NCBI GenBank assembly: GCA_016191425.1
Contig: JACPOR010000006.1
Span: forward strand, 9,711 to 73,710
Length of the DNA stretch: 64,000 nt
Source of the DNA: Chloroflexota bacterium
GTDB lineage: Bacteria; Chloroflexota; Limnocylindria; Limnocylindrales; CSP1-4
Direction: 5' to 3'
Position 1 is the first letter of the stretch. Every line of letters starts with the position of its first letter. The position numbers were made by a program, and so were the translations under genes. Below are positions 59,920 to 64,000 of the stretch, one piece after another. A model generated the notes under the pieces. That model did not search any database. It worked only from the letters and a program-made list of their open reading frames with translations, and was not told the origin of the DNA.

Positions 59920-61140
59920 GTGGAGGGACTGCGGACTCGGGGCCAGCCGGTCGCCGCGGCCGCAGTCCGGGCGATGCTCGCGTCCGGGTTCCCGCATGCC
60001 CTGCTGCTCGTTGGTCCCGCAGGGGTTGGCAAGACAACGCTCGCGCTCGACATCGCTGCGGCCCTTCTGTGCCAGGGCGCCCCCGGCTCGGCTCGACCGT
60101 GCCGGGCTTGTCGCGGGTGCCGAACGGTGGAGCATGGTAACCACCCGGACCTCCATCGACTGGCCCCGGCCGGGTCCGGGGCGCTCATCTCGATCGGCGG
60201 CCGCGAGGAGCGCGGTGTCCGGGAACTCGTCCACGACCTGGCCTTTCTGCCCGTCGAGGGTGGTGCACGCGTGGCGATCATCGAGGCTGCGCACAGGATG
60301 ACGGAGGACGCCCAGTCAGCCTTCCTCAAGACGCTCGAGGAGCCGCCCCCCGGGACAACGATCGTCCTCTGCGCCGATGACGAGGAGCGCCTCCTGCCCA
60401 CGATCCGCTCGCGTGTCGTGCGGGTCCGACTCGGTCCCATGGGCTCCCGCGACGTGGAAGCCGTCCTGGTCGAGCAGGGGATCGCCGACCCTCCGACCGC
60501 CGCCCGCCTGTCGCGGATCACGGATGGGCGCCCTGGCCACGCCATCGCCCTCGCTCGGGCGCCCCAGGCGGTCATCCTCCGCGGCGAGATCGCTCGAACC
60601 CTCCTGGACCTGCTCGACGCCAGCGTGACGGCACGGCTGACCGGTCTGCGCGACCTGGCCGCGAGGTCTGGCGAAATGCTGCGCGCCATCGAGACGGGTG
60701 CAACCCAGGCAGCGGGGTCGGGCCGAGCGGCCCGCCCGTCGCACGGAAGGGGCCGCGCGGCCCAGGCCGACCCGCCACGGGCCATGCCGAGTCCCCCGGA
60801 AGCCGCCGATGTCTCCGGAGATGAACTTGACCTCGCGGTCGAGGAGCGGTCCACGCGCGCGCCTGCCGCCGAGCGTCGCCGGGCGGCTCTCGCCCTCCTC
60901 GAGGTCTGGCGGGCAGTGGTCCGTGACATGGGCCTCGTGGTCGTTGGGGAAGCCGGCACGGTCCGGGATCAGGACCTGCTCGACGATCTCAATGGGCCGG
61001 CGCGACGTCTTGACGTGGCCGCCATCGGATCGACACTCAGACGGCTCGACGTGGCCGCGGAGCAGCTGGAGGGCAACGTCAGTCCCGAGCTGGTCCTCGA
61101 CGTGCTTGCGATCCGCTGGGCAGCCTCGCACGCCGCGTGA
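59920..61140 (+). CDS. holB: DNA polymerase III subunit delta'
   Basis: HALLLVGPAGVGKT Walker A, zinc-module-like CRACRGCRTVEHGNHPD, SRV motif (TIRSRVVRVRL). Confidence 0.75.
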   Translation: MEGLRTRGQPVAAAAVRAMLASGFPHALLLVGPAGVGKTTLALDIAAALLCQGAPGSARPCRACRGCRTVEHGNHPDLHRLAPAGSGALISIGGREERGVRELVHDLAFLPVEGGARVAIIEAAHRMTEDAQSAFLKTLEEPPPGTTIVLCADDEERLLPTIRSRVVRVRLGPMGSRDVEAVLVEQGIADPPTAARLSRITDGRPGHAIALARAPQAVILRGEIARTLLDLLDASVTARLTGLRDLAARSGEMLRAIETGATQAAGSGRAARPSHGRGRAAQADPPRAMPSPPEAADVSGDELDLAVEERSTRAPAAERRRAALALLEVWRAVVRDMGLVVVGEAGTVRDQDLLDDLNGPARRLDVAAIGSTLRRLDVAAEQLEGNVSPELVLDVLAIRWAASHAA

Positions 61141-61433
61141 TGTCGGTCCGACTCGAGGTCACCGTGCGCGGCGTGGTCCAGGGCGTCGGGTATCGCTATT
61201 TCGTGATCCAGCAGGTCCTCGGCACGGGGATCACCGGCTGGGTCGCGAATGGTTCTCGCGGCGAAGTGATCTGCAGAATGGAGGGTGATCGGGCGGCCCT
61301 GGAACGCGTGCTCGCCGACCTCGAGCGAGGTCCAGCGGGCGCCGTCGTCGAGCAGGTCCAGGCTGTCTGGATGCCGGCCACCGGCAAGTTCAACGGGTTC
61401 TCGATCCGCTCCGGCGGGCACCCAGGCGATTGA
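61137..61433 (+). CDS. acyP: acylphosphatase
   Basis: VRGVVQGVGYR...GWVAN motifs; GTGATG start overlapping holB stop. Confidence 0.85.
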   Translation: MMSVRLEVTVRGVVQGVGYRYFVIQQVLGTGITGWVANGSRGEVICRMEGDRAALERVLADLERGPAGAVVEQVQAVWMPATGKFNGFSIRSGGHPGD

Positions 61434-61531
61434 TCCGGAGAACCCGGCAGGTAGGCACTCCCGCGATTGATCCGGGGAACCCGGCAGGCAGGCACTCCCG
61501 CGATTGATCAGGGGAACCCGGTCAACAGACC
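61426..61531. repeat. 37-bp tandem repeat x~2.9 (GCGATTGATCCGGrGAACCCGGCAGGyAGGCACTCCC) spanning the convergent stop codons of acyP and the SDR gene
   Basis: Seen directly; copy 1 contains the acyP stop, copy 3 contains the SDR stop. Confidence 0.85.
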
Positions 61532-62299
61532 ACCGTCGATCGTCGTGAACGTGCCTGTCTGGTACGAGGCGCGGTCCGAGCACAGGTAGGCGACGTAGCC
61601 GGCGAACTCCGCGGGTTCCCCATATCGACGCATCGGAATCGCTGCGAGGTGGTCGGCCCGCACGGCGTCGACCGCTCGGCCCGTGCGTTCCGCTGTCAGG
61701 CGATCGAGATGCTCGATCCGAGCCGTGGCATGCCGGCCGGGAAACGCGCCGTTGAGGGTGACCCCGTCCGCCGCGACGGCGCGCGACGCTGTCTTCATCC
61801 ACGCCATCAGCGCACTCCGTCCGCCGTTCGAGTAGGCGAGGTCGTCGACCGGTTGTCGGATGCTGTAGGAGCCGACGGCGACGATCCGTCCCCAGCCCCG
61901 TTCGCGCATGCCCGGCAGGAGGCGCGTGGCCAGATCGATGGGCGTCAGGGCGAGCATCTGGAAGGCCCTTCTCCACCCGGCGGCGTTGGTCGCGGACGGA
62001 TCGACCGGCGGCGGGCCTCCGGCGTTGAGAACGAGAATGTCCACGCCACCGAAGGCGTCCAGAGCGTGCGCGGCGATCTGGGCGGCCGCGTGGCGATCAA
62101 GGAAGTCGGCGGCGACCGCGCTGGCGCGGACCCCGTGCTCGGAGGACAGCCCGGATGCCATATCGGCGAGGACGTCGCCGCGCCGAGCGGTCAGGACGAG
62201 GTCACAGCCTTCGGCCGCCAGGGCCGCGGCAATGGCTGCGCCGAGTCCGGCCGTCGCGCCACCGACCACGGCCCGACGTCCTCGAATGCCCAGGTCCAC
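61508..62299 (-). CDS. SDR-family oxidoreductase (3-oxoacyl-ACP reductase-like)
   Basis: GGATAGLG cofactor motif and NAG motif (VLNAGGPP); 263 aa. Confidence 0.8.
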   Translation of the reverse strand: MDLGIRGRRAVVGGATAGLGAAIAAALAAEGCDLVLTARRGDVLADMASGLSSEHGVRASAVAADFLDRHAAAQIAAHALDAFGGVDILVLNAGGPPPVDPSATNAAGWRRAFQMLALTPIDLATRLLPGMRERGWGRIVAVGSYSIRQPVDDLAYSNGGRSALMAWMKTASRAVAADGVTLNGAFPGRHATARIEHLDRLTAERTGRAVDAVRADHLAAIPMRRYGEPAEFAGYVAYLCSDRASYQTGTFTTIDGGLLTGFP

Positions 62300-62759
62300 G
62301 GCTCGCTCCTCGACAGGCTCTTGCGACGCCGAGCCTAGCGCACCAGCCGATTGCCGACCGCCGCTGGGACCCTCGGGCTATTCCATTCGGTGACCACCGG
62401 GTCAAGGATTCGGGATGTGGAAGCCTCGTCAGTCGCCCAGGCACTCCCGGAGCTGTACCGGACCGTGCTCGAGCGCGTCGGATCGCTGGAGCACACGGGT
62501 CATCGCCACGAGGCGTTCCTGATCCGCCGGGCCGCCACGACGGCCTACTCGAAGGCCTGGGACGACGGCGCCCATCGGCGACTGTCCGTCTTGCAGCTCC
62601 GCGCCGAGCGCGTCCTCGGAGGGATGGATCGCCCGCGAGCCTCGCTTGCGCCTCGACTGGCGCCGCGGTGGTCGCGAAGCGCCTGATCCTGAGCATCCCG
62701 ACCCATGCCGCCAGCCGCGACTTGCGGTCCGCGGCCACTGCCCGGCCCGACCCCGCAAT

Positions 62760-63110
62760 CTTTGCCCCGACGGGCGGCCCCGACCCGTGGTCACTGCCTG
62801 GGTGCCGAGCCCCGGTAACTGCCTGCGTGCCGACCCCCCGCCGGGCAATCCTGGCCTATGACCGCCCCCGGAGCACTATGCGGGTAGCCGGCCCCGAACG
62901 GCCGCCGGGCCAGCCCGAGAGCAGACCGATCCGCCCTATGTGGTCCGAACGTCGTGCGTGGCCGGGCCCGGGTCAGGCAGCCGCCGGCCCGGCACGCGGG
63001 TTCGAGCGGGCGCGACATCCTCCGCTATCTGCATAGTGCTCCCCCCACGAGCATCAGCCAGGAAAGCCGGGGCCGGGACGGGGCCGGACGGGGCCAAGTC
63101 GCTCTGATCC
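62760..63110. repeat. dispersed copy of the repeat family seen at 39995-40575: ~1.5 units of the 51-bp repeat then a ~260-bp body (~70% identical to 40300-40560)
   Basis: Seen directly, e.g. gaccgcccccggagcactatgcgggtagccggcc vs gaccacccccggagcactgtgcggatagccgacc; cgtcgtgcgtggccgggcccgg vs gtgtcgtgcgtggccgggggcagg; atagtgctcccc in both. Confidence 0.7.
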
Positions 63111-63239
63111 GCGCCGAGGCGCGACCAGCCGCGCCGCCCCATGCCGCGCCGCCCCGCGCCGCGCCGAGCTGCCGTTCGATGACTGGATCGGGGGCAGCGA
63201 GGCAGACCCGGCGCCGGTCGACGAGGTCGTCTACGGGTC

Positions 63240-63638
63240 GTGAGATTCGTCGACACGTCCTTCTGGGTGGCCCTTCGATTCCGCCGGGACGCCAACCATG
63301 ACGCCGCCGTCCGATTGTGGGCACCCGGTCGCGCCATGCTGACCACCAACGAGGTCGTCGGTGAAACATGGACGTTCCTCCGTCGCCGTGACGGGCACGC
63401 CTCGGCCGTCGCGTACATCGACGCCGTGCAGGCCGCCACCTGGCTGACCGTCGTGCGCATCGATGAGTCGATGGAGCAAGAGGCCTGGGCCTGGCTTCGG
63501 CGGCACGATGAGCGCGCCTACTCCTTCGTCGATGCCACGAGCTTCGCCGTCATGCGCCGAGAGCGGATCCGGGAGGCGCTCGCATTCGACGGTGACTTCA
63601 GCGCGGTCGGGTTCGTTGAGGTCCGACCCGACGGGTGA
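63240..63638 (+). CDS. vapC: PIN-domain ribonuclease toxin VapC
   Basis: GTG start; FVDTSFWVAL...TNEVVGE...FVDATSFAVM...LAFDGDF with conserved acidic residues. Confidence 0.75.
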   Translation: MRFVDTSFWVALRFRRDANHDAAVRLWAPGRAMLTTNEVVGETWTFLRRRDGHASAVAYIDAVQAATWLTVVRIDESMEQEAWAWLRRHDERAYSFVDATSFAVMRRERIREALAFDGDFSAVGFVEVRPDG

Positions 63639-63721
63639 CGCGGCCCCGCCGGAGGCTTCCGTGCTCTGCAGGGATTACGCTTGGGCTCTCCGCCATCGGT
63701 GGAGACGACCTGGAGATGACG

Positions 63722-64000
63722 ATGCCTGCACGGTTCACCCTGTACGACGCCGTTGACCGCCGGATCACGAGCTTCCTCGCCCGCCACGGTCTCACGTTTC
63801 TGCGCGTCGGCCTCGGGTTCATGTACGTCTGGTTCGGCGCTCTCAAGTTCTTCCCCGGCCTGAGCCCGGCACAGGAGATCGCGACGCGGACGATGGACCG
63901 CCTGACGCTGGGCCTGATCCCTGACCCGGCGATGATGCCCATCCTCGCGACCTGGGAGACGCTGATCGGCCTGGGCCTCATCTTCGGCGTCTACCTCCGC
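63722..64000 (+). CDS. DoxX-family membrane protein, N-terminal fragment (3' end outside window)
   Basis: ATG 63722 then MPARFTLYDAVDRRITSFLARHGLTFLRVGLGFMYVWFGALKFFPG...; open to the window end. Confidence 0.5.
   Translation, partial: MPARFTLYDAVDRRITSFLARHGLTFLRVGLGFMYVWFGALKFFPGLSPAQEIATRTMDRLTLGLIPDPAMMPILATWETLIGLGLIFGVYLR

Noticed and set aside
57935-60037. 700-aa minus-strand ORF opposite the NYN-domain gene and holB
   Set aside because: Antisense and extremely Arg/Gly-rich; the + strand genes have SD sequences and recognisable domains.
62414-62686. Small + strand ORF (~90 aa from a GTG start) between the SDR gene and the repeat element
   Set aside because: No recognisable family, weak start context, and partly overlaps repeat-adjacent sequence; insufficient support to list as a CDS.

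Overview
High-GC (~70%) gene-dense bacterial chromosome segment, probably from an actinobacterial- or Chloroflexi-like organism. Family assignments are from motif recall, not database searches. The largest feature is a 14-gene nuo (complex I) operon on the minus strand (4.4-19.4 kb). Its gene order is unusual: nuoA-B-C-D-H-I/E'-F-G'-J-K-L-M-N. The NADH-input (N-) module is remodelled. The NuoI-like gene carries a single Fe-S cysteine motif and is fused to only the helical N-domain of NuoE, with no N1a 2Fe-2S domain. nuoF is divergent, and the NuoG position is occupied by a fusion of the NuoG N-terminal Fe-S domains, a GltD-like flavoprotein and ferredoxin repeats, with no molybdopterin-like domain. 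nuoN shows a 3' frame discontinuity and seems to lack TM13. A MidA/NDUFAF7-like methyltransferase gene is translationally coupled to an NTP-transferase-fold gene, and both sit immediately upstream of the operon with a tandem palindromic operator-like element. Other content: MFS fragment, CorA, a sortase-like protein with its catalytic Cys replaced, a TlpA-like redoxin, a MurNAc-LAA amidase, folK, a ~1000-aa secreted phosphodiester-glycosidase/metallophosphatase protein, glpX, purH, and a heat-shock cluster (hsp20-hspR-lon, cbpA-like dnaJ-clpB). There are also two TrkA-domain genes plus uspA beside two paralogous APC-superfamily transporters with cytoplasmic C-domains, rsmG with a nearby inverted DnaA-box pair, csoR with a perfect palindromic operator, hpt, a liv-type ABC system, an NYN-domain protein with an H1-like tail, holB, acyP, an SDR, an orphan vapC and a partial DoxX gene. 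Several non-CRISPR tandem arrays occur, including a repeat-rich ~830-bp intergenic region (39.9-40.7 kb) with a related dispersed copy at 62.8-63.1 kb. Many genes are coupled by ATGA/TGATG/GTGA stop-start overlaps. No rRNA, tRNA or CRISPR could be supported.
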